Below are positions 1 through 8,575 of a stretch of DNA of 34,932 bases, piece after piece; position 1 is the stretch's first letter, and the number at the start of each line of letters is the position of its first letter. Made by a program: the position numbers and the translations under genes. The DNA comes from a virus (Duplodnaviria > Heunggongvirae > Uroviricota > Caudoviricetes), in the IMG/VR virus record IMGVR_UViG_2718218452_000007. The stretch is one strand, 5' to 3'. The notes beneath the pieces were generated by a model. The model was not told the DNA's origin. It worked only from the letters and a program-made list of their open reading frames with translations, and did not search any database.

Positions 1-900
1 TTAACGCAATAATGGACAATCTGGTGGTAATCGACAACGCAACGCCGCCGGAAGTATTTCAATATGAAAGTTTTGTCCGCTCAACGGTTCGCCATCAAGA
101 TTAAAAGTGATTTCGTGTGGGGCTTGTATATCAAACCACGACGAAGCGCCTTCGATAATATTCGGGTTATCTTCGTCAGATTTTAAGGTTGATACGAGAG
201 CCGGAAGAATTTCATCGCCGGTAAAAATGCGCAGTTGCAGCAAGCCATCGTTAATTAACGCGTTCGGACACAATTGCTGACCGCCACCGGCCTGACGCCC
301 GTTACCAATACCAATGACCAGGGCGTCACCTTGCCAGTGAAAGTTTTCACCGCGGATTTCACAACGGTCCGGTTGCAGAGTATCCATGCGCATTAAGCCA
401 TGAATGATGTAAGAGACGCCACCCAGCGCGGCTTTTAATTTTTCCGGCGTTTCTGTGGTAATACGCGTCCCAAATCCGCCTGTCGCCATATTAATAAAAC
501 AGGTTTGTTTGTTGACCTGCGCCATATCTATCGCAATGGCGTTACCGGCAATTGCCAGTTTCAGCGCCTTATCCAGTGCCTCAGGAATCCCTACACTGGT
601 GGCAAAATCATTGGCGGTTCCTAATGGCAAAATTCCCAGCGCGGGTATGTCATCCCCCTCACACTGAATCAACGCCGTAGAAACTTCATTAATGGTGCCA
701 TCGCCACCACCGGCAATCACCGTTGCGACGCCCAACTTCCGGGCCTCCTCTACATATCGTGCGGCATCGCCTTTCTCCCAGGTGACCCGCACATGGATCG
801 TCATTCCTTCCTCACGCAACAGCATAATTGCTTCGCGCAAGGGTAGATTGTCAGTACTTTTGCCATTAAGAATCAGTAAGCTGGCGGGAAATTCTGCCAT
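1..900 (-). CDS. yegS: Lipid kinase YegS (DAGK/BmrU family)
   Basis: 299-aa ORF, ATG at 898-900 and TAA at 1-3; N-terminus [24 protein letters not shown] and GGDGT motif as I recall for E. coli YegS. Confidence 0.88.
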   Translation of the reverse strand: MAEFPASLLILNGKSTDNLPLREAIMLLREEGMTIHVRVTWEKGDAARYVEEARKLGVATVIAGGGDGTINEVSTALIQCEGDDIPALGILPLGTANDFATSVGIPEALDKALKLAIAGNAIAIDMAQVNKQTCFINMATGGFGTRITTETPEKLKAALGGVSYIIHGLMRMDTLQPDRCEIRGENFHWQGDALVIGIGNGRQAGGGQQLCPNALINDGLLQLRIFTGDEILPALVSTLKSDEDNPNIIEGASSWFDIQAPHEITFNLDGEPLSGQNFHIEILPAALRCRLPPDCPLLR

Positions 901-1314
901 GATCGTATGTGCCTTTATGATTGGTCTGTAGATAGTGTAGAGCAGAAAACAAAAGGTGGAGTCAGAACAGGATGAAAGTCGGAGGATAAAAAGTCAGTTC
1001 AAGTATGGAGGATTCAGTGGTTACCACCAGGAGCTTGCAATGGGGACAGCGAATACTAACGGCTGCCACCGATAAATTTCAAAAAAGAGCATATGCCTAA
1101 TATTCAACCAAACAGTGGCATCTTAAATATACTATTCCAAATATATTAAAGCCCCCATGGAGTTACCCTGAAGGGCCTCAATGTCCGTAATTCCTACTTA
1201 TGTAGGAAATGTTGTACAGAACATTTATTATAATCCTATTCAATTATAATAATCATGCCATTATTATATTTAAACACTAGAGAGTGTCGTTGGTATTTAA
1301 TGGGGGAAGGTGAG

Positions 1315-1632
1315 ATGAAAAAGATAGCTGCTATATCATTAATTAGTATTTTTATTATGTCTGGTTGTGCTGTGCATAATGATGAGACAAGTATCGGTAA
1401 ATTTGGTCTTGCATATAAAAGTAATATTCAGCGTAAACTCGATAACCAATACTACACCGAAGCCGAAGCTTCTTTAGCCAGGGGCAGAATATCTGGTGCA
1501 GAAAATATAGTAAAAAATGATGCAGCCCATTTCTGTGTTACTCAGGGCAAAAAAATGCAGATAGTTGACCTGAAGACAGAAGGTGCAGGATTACATGGCG
1601 TCGCTCGTCTGACATTCAAATGTGGAGAGTGA
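1315..1632 (+). CDS. yegR: Small lipoprotein-like protein YegR (105 aa)
   Basis: Tracked ORF starts at 1255, but ATG 1315 has an AAGGTGAG Shine-Dalgarno just upstream and gives MKKIAAISLISIFIMSGC, a signal peptide with lipobox-like Cys. Confidence 0.8.
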   Translation: MKKIAAISLISIFIMSGCAVHNDETSIGKFGLAYKSNIQRKLDNQYYTEAEASLARGRISGAENIVKNDAAHFCVTQGKKMQIVDLKTEGAGLHGVARLTFKCGE

Positions 1633-1694
1633 GAATATTTTTTGGTAAGCGTCAAACATGCGCGTTCTGGTTGTGCTTAGCCGGAACCTGTGCG

Positions 1695-1727
1695 AGCACG
1701 ATGCCGTTACGTGAAAGGCATCGTGCT
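1695..1727 (+). other. 11-bp perfect inverted repeat (hairpin) between yegR and attL
   Basis: agcacgatgcc / loop gttacgtgaaa / ggcatcgtgct; no T-run follows, so not a classic intrinsic terminator. Confidence 0.35.
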
Positions 1728-1789
1728 ATGAAGGGAGATTCTATCGATGTGGTCAATGGAAGACGGTGACCAGGGATAGGGCTTATGCA

Positions 1790-1817
1790 TAAAAAATAAG
1801 CCCGTGTAAGGGAGATT
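1790..1817. repeat. attL core (28-bp direct repeat, left prophage boundary)
   Basis: taaaaaataagcccgtgtaagggagatt is identical to 33399..33426; the adjacent integrase gene reads away from it. Confidence 0.85.
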
Positions 1818-1896
1818 TAGGGTGTCACCAGTAGGGGCTTTCAACGGTACAATGCGGGTTTGAGCGGCATAAATTACCACTGAAAGCCCTTAAACG

Positions 1897-2910
1897 TTAC
1901 TCTACTGTGGACACTATGTGGACACTCTCGGCCTCAGTACCACCTCTTAGCGGATTAAGAGAAATGGCGTCCTGAAGGTACTCTGGCGCAAAATGAGCGT
2001 AAACCATAGTTTGCTCAATCCGCGTGTGACCTAGTATCCGTTGTAGCGTGATAATACTTCCTCCATTAATCATGAAATGAGTGGCAAAGCTGTGCCTTAG
2101 TGCATGTGTGGCTTGCCCCATTGGCAAATCCGGTTTTATTGCTTTCATTGTTCGTCTGAAGCGAGGGTAATCAGCATCAGGGAATAAAAAACCTCGTTTG
2201 TTATCCGCGATCATTTTGGCAACAGCCTCTGAGATCGGGACGGTGCGTGGTTTGTTTGTTTTCGTTTTAACAAACGTGACGCGGTTATGGATGATATTTT
2301 CTGCTTTCAAACGAGCTGCTTCTCCCCAACGTGCTCCAGTACTCAGGCAAAGAATCGCAATCTTTTTGTTGTCGCCGTCAAGAGCAGCAAGCAGTAAGGC
2401 AATTTCTTCCTGCGTGAGATAGCCTGTGTCTGGTTTTTCCTCCTTAAGCCTTTTTGTCCCTCTGATAGGGTGCTCACCAAAGAATAACTCCGCTTCAATC
2501 AGGGCTGTAAACATGCCGCTAATACATGTTAAATCACGATTGATACTCGAAGGTTTAATACCCTGACTTCTTCGGGTGGCGCAGTACTGGCTGATAAGCG
2601 ATTTCGTAATTTGAAATGCGCATGGGTCATTCGTTATTTTTGTGAAGATTTCAATTTTTCCAAGATTAGATTTCCCATGCTCTTCGTGTTTACCCTTTAA
2701 ATCCCACCAGATCTGTGTCAGCTCCGACAGACGTCGCTTGTCTGTTGGTTTTGATAGCCATTCTTTATTGTGGTGGTTGTACAACGTGTATTTCTCGAAA
2801 GCGACAGCTTCGCTTTTCTTATCAAACTTCCTACGGATGCGTTTTCCATTACGTCCAGTAGGGCGGATGTCCACTTCATATCGACCATCATCGAGTTTTT
2901 TGATTGCCAT
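1897..2910 (-). CDS. int: Tyrosine integrase
   Basis: 337 aa; C-terminal HxLRHxxAT and Y motifs (HALRHSFATH...MVYAHF); GGAGGG Shine-Dalgarno; next to att core. Confidence 0.93.
   Translation of the reverse strand: MAIKKLDDGRYEVDIRPTGRNGKRIRRKFDKKSEAVAFEKYTLYNHHNKEWLSKPTDKRRLSELTQIWWDLKGKHEEHGKSNLGKIEIFTKITNDPCAFQITKSLISQYCATRRSQGIKPSSINRDLTCISGMFTALIEAELFFGEHPIRGTKRLKEEKPDTGYLTQEEIALLLAALDGDNKKIAILCLSTGARWGEAARLKAENIIHNRVTFVKTKTNKPRTVPISEAVAKMIADNKRGFLFPDADYPRFRRTMKAIKPDLPMGQATHALRHSFATHFMINGGSIITLQRILGHTRIEQTMVYAHFAPEYLQDAISLNPLRGGTEAESVHIVSTVE
1906..1927 (+). promoter_or_regulatory. Putative Int arm-type binding sites (P' arm), two direct repeats
   Basis: tgtggacact at 1906-1915 and 1918-1927, overlapping the int 3' end; related repeats occur in the P arm near attR. 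Confidence 0.45.
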
Positions 2911-3025
2911 CAGAAAACCCTCCGAGTGGTGTGTTTTTTTGCGACTACTAATCGCTTTTTTCGTGGTGGCTGAAATTTAGCCACCAATAGTAGGCACTTG
3001 TGATGAATATATTCACGATGAATTG

Positions 3026-3325
3026 TTAACCAGTCTTTTGACCGGAGTGGGGCGACGTTGTTTCGTTTTGCCCAAAGTGTGCGAGAGCGGGCGCAATTTG
3101 CCCGGACTCAGGAGCGATCTGATTGGTCATGAACCATAAAGTGTATTTGGTGAATTGTGGGGTCTGCAGGATGTTCATCATGACATCTGTTGGAGGTGTT
3201 GAACGACCACTTTCATAGTAACTCAGCGTGCCATACGGAACCCCTGTTAAATCAGCAAGTTGTTGTCTGCTCAAATACTCTGATTTTCGCATTAAGACTA
3301 TCTTCTCGCTTATCGTGTTTGACAT
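3026..3325 (-). CDS. C: Immunity repressor C
   Basis: 99 aa with helix-turn-helix region (LSRQQLADLTGVPYGTLSYYESG); divergent from cox as in P2. Confidence 0.9.
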   Translation of the reverse strand: MSNTISEKIVLMRKSEYLSRQQLADLTGVPYGTLSYYESGRSTPPTDVMMNILQTPQFTKYTLWFMTNQIAPESGQIAPALAHFGQNETTSPHSGQKTG

Positions 3326-3358
3326 GGTGTTTAGATCTCAATAGTATTTAGTTTAGAT
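3319..3358 (+). promoter_or_regulatory. Early promoter Pe with C-repressor operator direct repeats
   Basis: TTGACA at 3319-3324, 17-bp spacer, TAGTAT at 3342-3347; GTTTAGAT at 3329-3336 and 3351-3358, 22 bp apart and flanking the -10. Confidence 0.6.
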
Positions 3359-3439
3359 GTAGATTGTTTAGTGCTTGGATGTGGGCACTAAAAGGCATTA
3401 TAAGACATTAAACGCAATTCATGAGGGCTAGAGGACGAC

Positions 3440-3715
3440 ATGAGCAAGCAAGTAACACTCATGACTGATGCGATTCCTTATCAGGAGTTCGCAAAACTAA
3501 TAGGAAAATCGACAGGAGCGGTTCGTCGGATGATTGATAAAGGAAAGCTGCCTGTAATTGATATGACCGATCCACAATCAGCTTCAGGTCGTGCAGGTGA
3601 ATATTGGGTATACCTTCCGGCATGGAATAACGGACTAAAACTGGCTTATGAAAGCCGCCCTAAAGAGATTCGTGACGGCTGGTTGATGTGGTTAGGTCTC
3701 GGTGAACCACGTTAA
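3440..3715 (+). CDS. cox: Cox (excisionase / repressor of Pc)
   Basis: 91 aa, first gene of the rightward early operon; matches P2 Cox as recalled. Confidence 0.9.
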   Translation: MSKQVTLMTDAIPYQEFAKLIGKSTGAVRRMIDKGKLPVIDMTDPQSASGRAGEYWVYLPAWNNGLKLAYESRPKEIRDGWLMWLGLGEPR

Positions 3716-3725
3716 GGAGAACCGT

Positions 3726-3896
3726 ATGAATGAGCCTCGTTGTATTGCTCAGTTACTGCGTAACGAAAGCCCCAGGGCGATTGACTTCACCATCACCCAC
3801 GGTAAGGGGCGTAAGGGAATCATTATCCGCACCAAAAAACAGAGTCCGTTAAAAAAGGCTCTGACCTTTCTGAAAAGCCGGAGGGTATGGAAATGA
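3726..3896 (+). CDS. Small early protein (P2 orf78 position)
   Basis: ATG 3726 preceded by AAGGAGA; the tracked ORF from 3702 overlaps the cox end. Stop overlaps the B start. Confidence 0.6.
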   Translation: MNEPRCIAQLLRNESPRAIDFTITHGKGRKGIIIRTKKQSPLKKALTFLKSRRVWK

Positions 3897-4393
3897 CAGT
3901 GATGACGCTCAATCTCGTTGAAAAACAGCCAGCAGCTATGCGCCGGATAATTGGTAAGCATCTTGCCGTTCCTCGCTGGCAGGATACATGTGATTATTAT
4001 AATCAGATGATGGAGCGCGAACGGTTAACGGTTTGCTTTCATGCGCAGTTAAAACAGCGTCACGCAACGATGCGTTTTGAAGAAATGAACGACGTCGAAC
4101 GTGAACGGCTGGTTTGTGCAATTGATGAATTGCGTGGGGCATTCTCAAAACGCCGTCAGGTTGGCGCAAGTGAGTATGCATATATTAGTTTTTTAACAGT
4201 CAGTCAGCGTCGTACTTTATTTATGCATGCCGGATTGACTGAAAAAGAATTCAACCAGCCATACTGGCGAATTAATGAAGAATCATGTTACTGGCGTGAT
4301 GCTTTATTCCGTGCATTACGTGAATTATTCAGTCTGTTTGAGTATGCACCGACAATTCTGACGTCGGTAAAACCAGAGCAATATCTGCATTAA
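3893..4393 (+). CDS. B: Replication protein B (helicase-loader-like)
   Basis: 166 aa from the ATG that overlaps the upstream TGA (tracked ORF starts two codons earlier, at 3887); sequence as recalled for P2 B. Confidence 0.85.
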   Translation: MTVMTLNLVEKQPAAMRRIIGKHLAVPRWQDTCDYYNQMMERERLTVCFHAQLKQRHATMRFEEMNDVERERLVCAIDELRGAFSKRRQVGASEYAYISFLTVSQRRTLFMHAGLTEKEFNQPYWRINEESCYWRDALFRALRELFSLFEYAPTILTSVKPEQYLH

Positions 4394-4456
4394 GTAATTA
4401 ACCAGAGTTTTTAACGCACTTAATTGTGCGGGGCTTCTTTTTGCCTGGAGAAAGTC

Positions 4457-4681
4457 ATGCATACAGTTTCTGAAAATCAGTGCGGTAAATACGCATTACT
4501 GCTGCAACAGGCCAGAACCGAAGCACAGGCCGACGCAGCGACGCGCTTTTCTTCTCATCTTGACGCCATGATTCGCCACATCACAAAGGCGGAGTTATCC
4601 CGCGTGGAGATAGTCGAGCTGCTCAGTCAGGAGTCGGAAAAATTTCACAATATCGGATTGTCTCGCGGGGAGGTGCTTTGA
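4457..4681 (+). CDS. Early protein (P2 orf80 position)
   Basis: ATG 4457 with GGAG upstream; the tracked ORF starts 11 codons earlier without a Shine-Dalgarno. Confidence 0.7.
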   Translation: MHTVSENQCGKYALLLQQARTEAQADAATRFSSHLDAMIRHITKAELSRVEIVELLSQESEKFHNIGLSRGEVL

Positions 4682-4983
4682 TGTCCTGTTCTCGTTCAGT
4701 TGTATTACTGAATAACGCCTTAAAAATCGCCGTTATGAAAAATGGCGATTTATCTCTTATTCAACTTGGTCTTGATAAAGAAAAACGCGAAATAACTGAG
4801 TCTGTTATCGCGATTTATCAGAACGAATTAAATCTCCTGTCTGATGTGGTCAATTTACTTGTTAAACGCGCTGTATTTCACAAGCAAATCTCCTCCGTGG
4901 ACGAACTGACGAAATTAACGACAGAAATTGCCAGCTATTGCGCTGATGAATTTAAAAAACTTAACGACAAAAGGAGCTGGTAA
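4681..4983 (+). CDS. Early protein (P2 orf81 position)
   Basis: ATG overlaps the upstream TGA; GGAGG 8 nt upstream. Confidence 0.7.
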   Translation: MSCSRSVVLLNNALKIAVMKNGDLSLIQLGLDKEKREITESVIAIYQNELNLLSDVVNLLVKRAVFHKQISSVDELTKLTTEIASYCADEFKKLNDKRSW

Positions 4984-5207
4984 TGCCGGACAACGTAGAT
5001 TTTATTCAGGAACAACAGGCTGAATTACTGGAGCGCCAGATTAACGCGGCAAGGGTAAAGCATTGCGGTGTTTCTGCGCTGGTTTGCGAAGAGTGTGACG
5101 CGCCAATACCTGCTGCCCGTCGTGCGGCTTATCCGTCAGCCACGCGTTGTGTTTCCTGCCAGTCAGTCTTTGAAGCAAAAAACAAACATTACCGGAGAAC
5201 GGCATGA
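4983..5207 (+). CDS. TraR/DksA-family C4 zinc-finger protein (P2 orf82 position)
   Basis: 74 aa with CxxC...CxxC (CEECDAP...CVSCQ); AAGGAG upstream; TAATG overlap. Confidence 0.75.
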   Translation: MPDNVDFIQEQQAELLERQINAARVKHCGVSALVCEECDAPIPAARRAAYPSATRCVSCQSVFEAKNKHYRRTA

Positions 5208-5479
5208 GTATTCGTATTGAAATTGGCGAACGTTATGTCGTTACCAGTGACAGCTTTCAGTTTATTCTCCACGAGAAAAAGAGAGCGGAAAGCGGTAAAA
5301 ACGCCGGTCAGGAATGGCTGGCGGTGGTTGGTTATTACCCGAAATTAAGCCAGCTCGTTTCCGGCCTGATGCATCACGATATTCTGACCGGAAGCGCAAA
5401 GTCTTTTGCTGATTTAAACGCGCAGGTTGAGCAACTCAGCAAGCGTTGTTCAGAGGCTTTTGGCTCATATGGCCGTTAA
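5204..5479 (+). CDS. Early protein (P2 orf83 position)
   Basis: 91-aa ORF, translationally coupled to neighbours. Confidence 0.7.
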   Translation: MSIRIEIGERYVVTSDSFQFILHEKKRAESGKNAGQEWLAVVGYYPKLSQLVSGLMHHDILTGSAKSFADLNAQVEQLSKRCSEAFGSYGR

Positions 5480-7745
5480 AGCCTCTGGGCGTTTTGTCCC
5501 TCCGTCAGCATTTGCCGCAGGCACCGGTAAGACGTTTACCGGTGCTTATGCATGGAACGCGCCACGCGAGGCTGTCGGGCGCGAAAGACCCCTTACACGT
5601 GACGAGATGCGTCAGGTGCAAGGTGTTTTATCCACGATTAATCGCCTGCCTTACTTTTTGCGCTCGCTGTTTACTTCACGCTATGACTACATCCGGCGCA
5701 ATAAAAGCCCGGTGCACGGGTTTTATTTCCTCACATCCACTTTTCAGCGTCGTTTATGGCCGCGCATTGAGCGCGTTAATCAGCGCCATGAAATGAACAC
5801 CGACGCGTCGTTGCTGTTTCTGGCAGAGCGTGACCACTATGCGCGCCTGCCTGGAATGAATGACAAGGAGCTGAAAAAGTTTGCCGCCCGTATCTCATCG
5901 CAGCTTTTCATAATGTATGAGGAACTCTGCGATGCCTGGGTGGATGCGCATGGCGAGAAAGAATCGCTGTTTACGGATGAGGCGCAGGCTCACCTGTATG
6001 GTCATGTTGCTGGCGCTGCACGTGCTTTCAATATTTCCCCGCTCTACTGGAAAAAATACCGTAAAGGGCAGATGACCACGAGGCAGGCATATTCTGCCAT
6101 TGCCCGTCTGTTTAACGATGAATGGTGGACTCATCAGCTTAAAGGCCAGCGTATGCGCTGGCATGAGGCGTTACTGATTGCTGTCGGGGAGGTCAATAAA
6201 GACCGTTCTCCTTATGCCAGTAAACATGCCATTCGTGATGTGCGTGCGCGCCGCCAGGCAAATCTGGAATTTCTTAAATCGTGTGACCTTGAAAACAGGG
6301 AAACCGGCGAGCGCATCGACCTTATCAGTAAGGTGATGGGCAGTATTTCTAATCCAGAAATTCGCCGGATGGAGCTGATGAACACCATCGCCGGTATTGA
6401 GCGTTACGCTGCCGCAGAGGGTGATGTGGGGATGTTTATCACGCTGACCGCGCCGTCAAAGTATCACCCAACACGTCAGGTCAGAAAAGGCGAAAGCAAA
6501 ACCGTCCAGCTAAATCACGGCTGGAATGATGAGGCATTTAATCCAAAGGATGCGCAGCGTTATCTCTGCCGTATCTGGAGCCTGATGCGCACGGCATTCA
6601 AGGATAATGATTTACAGGCCTACGGTTTGCGTGTTGTTGAACCACACCACGACGGAACGCCGCACTGGCATATGATGCTTTTTTGTAATCCACGCCAGCG
6701 TAACCAGATTATTGAAATCATGCGTCGCTATGCGCTCAAAGAGGATGGCGACGAAAGAGGAGCCGCGCGAAACCGTTTTCAGGCAAAACACCTTAACCGG
6801 GGCGGTGCTGCGGGATATATCGCGAAATACATCTCAAAAAACATCGATGGCTATGCACTGGATGGTCAGCTCGATAATGATACCGGTAGGCCGCTGAAAG
6901 ACACAGCTGCGGCTGTTACCGCATGGGCGTCAACGTGGCGCATTCCGCAATTTAAAACGGTTGGTCTGCCGACAATGGGGGCTTACCGTGAACTACGCAA
7001 ATTGCCTCGTGGCGTCAGCATTGCTGATGAGTTTGACGAGCGCGTCGAGGCTGCACGCGCCGCTGCAGACAGTGGTGATTTTGCGTTGTATATCAGCGCG
7101 CAGGGCGGGGCAAATGTCCCGCGCGATTGTCAGACTGTCAGGGTCGCCCGTAGCCCGTCGGATGACGTTAACGAGTACGAGGAAGAAGTCGAGAGAGTGG
7201 TCGGCATTTACGCGCCGCATCTCGGCGCGCGTCATATTCATATCACCAGAACGACGGACTGGCGCATTGTTCCGAAAGTGCCGGTCGTTGAGCCTTTGAC
7301 TTTAAAAAGCGGCATCGCCGCGCCTCGGAGTCCTGTCAATAACTGTGGAAAGCTCACCGGTAGTGATGCTTCGTTACCGGCTCCCACACCTTCTGAGCAC
7401 GCTGCAGCAGTGCTAAATCTGGTTGATGACGGTGTTATCGAATGGAATGACCCGGAGGTCGTGAGGGCGCTCAGGGGAGCATTAAAACACGGTCTGAAAA
7501 CACCAAATCGTCAGCAAAGAAACGGAAGTCCGTTAAAAACACATGAAATTGCACCGTCGGCCAGACTGACCCGGTCGGAACGAATGCAAATCACCCGTAT
7601 CCGCGTTGACCTTGTTCAGAATGGTATCAGGCCTCAGCGATGGGAGCTTGAGGCGCTGGCGCGTGGGGCAACCGTAAATTACGACGGGAAAAAATTCACG
7701 TATCCGGTCGCTGATGAGTGGCCGGGATTCTCGTTATCCATTTGA
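5469..7745 (+). CDS. A: Replication initiation endonuclease A (rolling-circle nickase)
   Basis: Long ORF with HUH-like HWHMM motif and active-site tyrosine pair (GYIAKYISKNIDGY). Start is uncertain: ATG 5469, or in-frame TTG 5460 or ATG 5427. Confidence 0.88.
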   Translation: MAVKASGRFVPPSAFAAGTGKTFTGAYAWNAPREAVGRERPLTRDEMRQVQGVLSTINRLPYFLRSLFTSRYDYIRRNKSPVHGFYFLTSTFQRRLWPRIERVNQRHEMNTDASLLFLAERDHYARLPGMNDKELKKFAARISSQLFIMYEELCDAWVDAHGEKESLFTDEAQAHLYGHVAGAARAFNISPLYWKKYRKGQMTTRQAYSAIARLFNDEWWTHQLKGQRMRWHEALLIAVGEVNKDRSPYASKHAIRDVRARRQANLEFLKSCDLENRETGERIDLISKVMGSISNPEIRRMELMNTIAGIERYAAAEGDVGMFITLTAPSKYHPTRQVRKGESKTVQLNHGWNDEAFNPKDAQRYLCRIWSLMRTAFKDNDLQAYGLRVVEPHHDGTPHWHMMLFCNPRQRNQIIEIMRRYALKEDGDERGAARNRFQAKHLNRGGAAGYIAKYISKNIDGYALDGQLDNDTGRPLKDTAAAVTAWASTWRIPQFKTVGLPTMGAYRELRKLPRGVSIADEFDERVEAARAAADSGDFALYISAQGGANVPRDCQTVRVARSPSDDVNEYEEEVERVVGIYAPHLGARHIHITRTTDWRIVPKVPVVEPLTLKSGIAAPRSPVNNCGKLTGSDASLPAPTPSEHAAAVLNLVDDGVIEWNDPEVVRALRGALKHGLKTPNRQQRNGSPLKTHEIAPSARLTRSERMQITRIRVDLVQNGIRPQRWELEALARGATVNYDGKKFTYPVADEWPGFSLSI
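7320..7339 (+). other. Probable replication origin (A-protein nick region) inside gene A
   Basis: gcgcctcggagtcctgtcaa matches the P2 ori nick region as I recall it, in the 3' part of A. Confidence 0.45.
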
Positions 7746-8277
7746 GTAAAAACACAACTAATTTGGTATGCAGAGCGACTCTAAGGCAGAAGAAGGTCAA
7801 TAGTATACTGAAATAGAAGACTAAATTATATTGAATCGTTAGCATGTAATTTAACTCAAATATAAAAGAGCATCTAATTTGGCTAAGAAAATCATTGTGA
7901 GTGACCTTCTGTCGAAGTATAACTCATCGTGAGCCAAGTAATAAAAATAATCAGTTAATGTTTCAAAAATCACAGGGTGGGTGCTTCTTGTGTCAAGCGG
8001 ATTAATTCTCATGTGTCATAGATGCTTATTTTGTCTGATGGCGGTGTTATTCACTAATATGGCCATGAGGTTTCGGGAAAATCCTGGGGGGTTAATGCAT
8101 GGTATAAGAAAACAAAATCATCAGTAAAGAAGATAGTTCCTTGAAATAGAGTAAGATGTTGTGACTGGCGTGCAAAGAGAGTGTAAGCCCTCTGATGAAA
8201 AATCATTTATTTTGTTATGGGTATGTAGGTTCTATTTTGTAATTTATACCCCCACTTATAAACGCAGGGGTAGGAGA

Positions 8278-8544
8278 TTATTTTCTGTTGAGTTTATTGA
8301 TGAACAATAATACTACTGATACAAAAATAGCGGAAAAAATATAATAAATGGTTTCTGTATAGCCACCTAGATTAAGATGTTTTATTATCTTGGTAATACC
8401 TGAGTTTTCAAAGAGTGGTTTCGTTATCACAGGTGAGAGAGATGTTGAGGCAACTAAGCCAAACGTTATAGTAATATTCCTGTTGCTTATTTCGTTTTTG
8501 CTTGCATCTTTTAGTTTTATAACTTGCATTCTTGATTTTAACAT
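8278..8544 (-). CDS. Small protein with C-terminal transmembrane anchor (88 aa), second gene of cargo operon
   Basis: ORF 31 nt downstream of the 438-aa gene; hydrophobic IYYIFSAIFVSVVLLFI then basic tail; AT-rich; weak Shine-Dalgarno. Alternative start at Met6. Confidence 0.55.
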   Translation of the reverse strand: MLKSRMQVIKLKDASKNEISNRNITITFGLVASTSLSPVITKPLFENSGITKIIKHLNLGGYTETIYYIFSAIFVSVVLLFINKLNRK

Positions 8545-8575
8545 TTTGGCAAGGTTCTTTCGAGCCAGTTCTAAA

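Noticed and set aside
3702-3725. ATG 3702 as the start of the orf78-position gene
   Set aside because: Lies inside the cox 3' end with no Shine-Dalgarno; ATG 3726 follows AAGGAGA.
5427-5468. Upstream ATG (5427) as the start of gene A
   Set aside because: Would overlap orf83 by 53 nt; ATG 5469 is better positioned, though TTG 5460 cannot be excluded.
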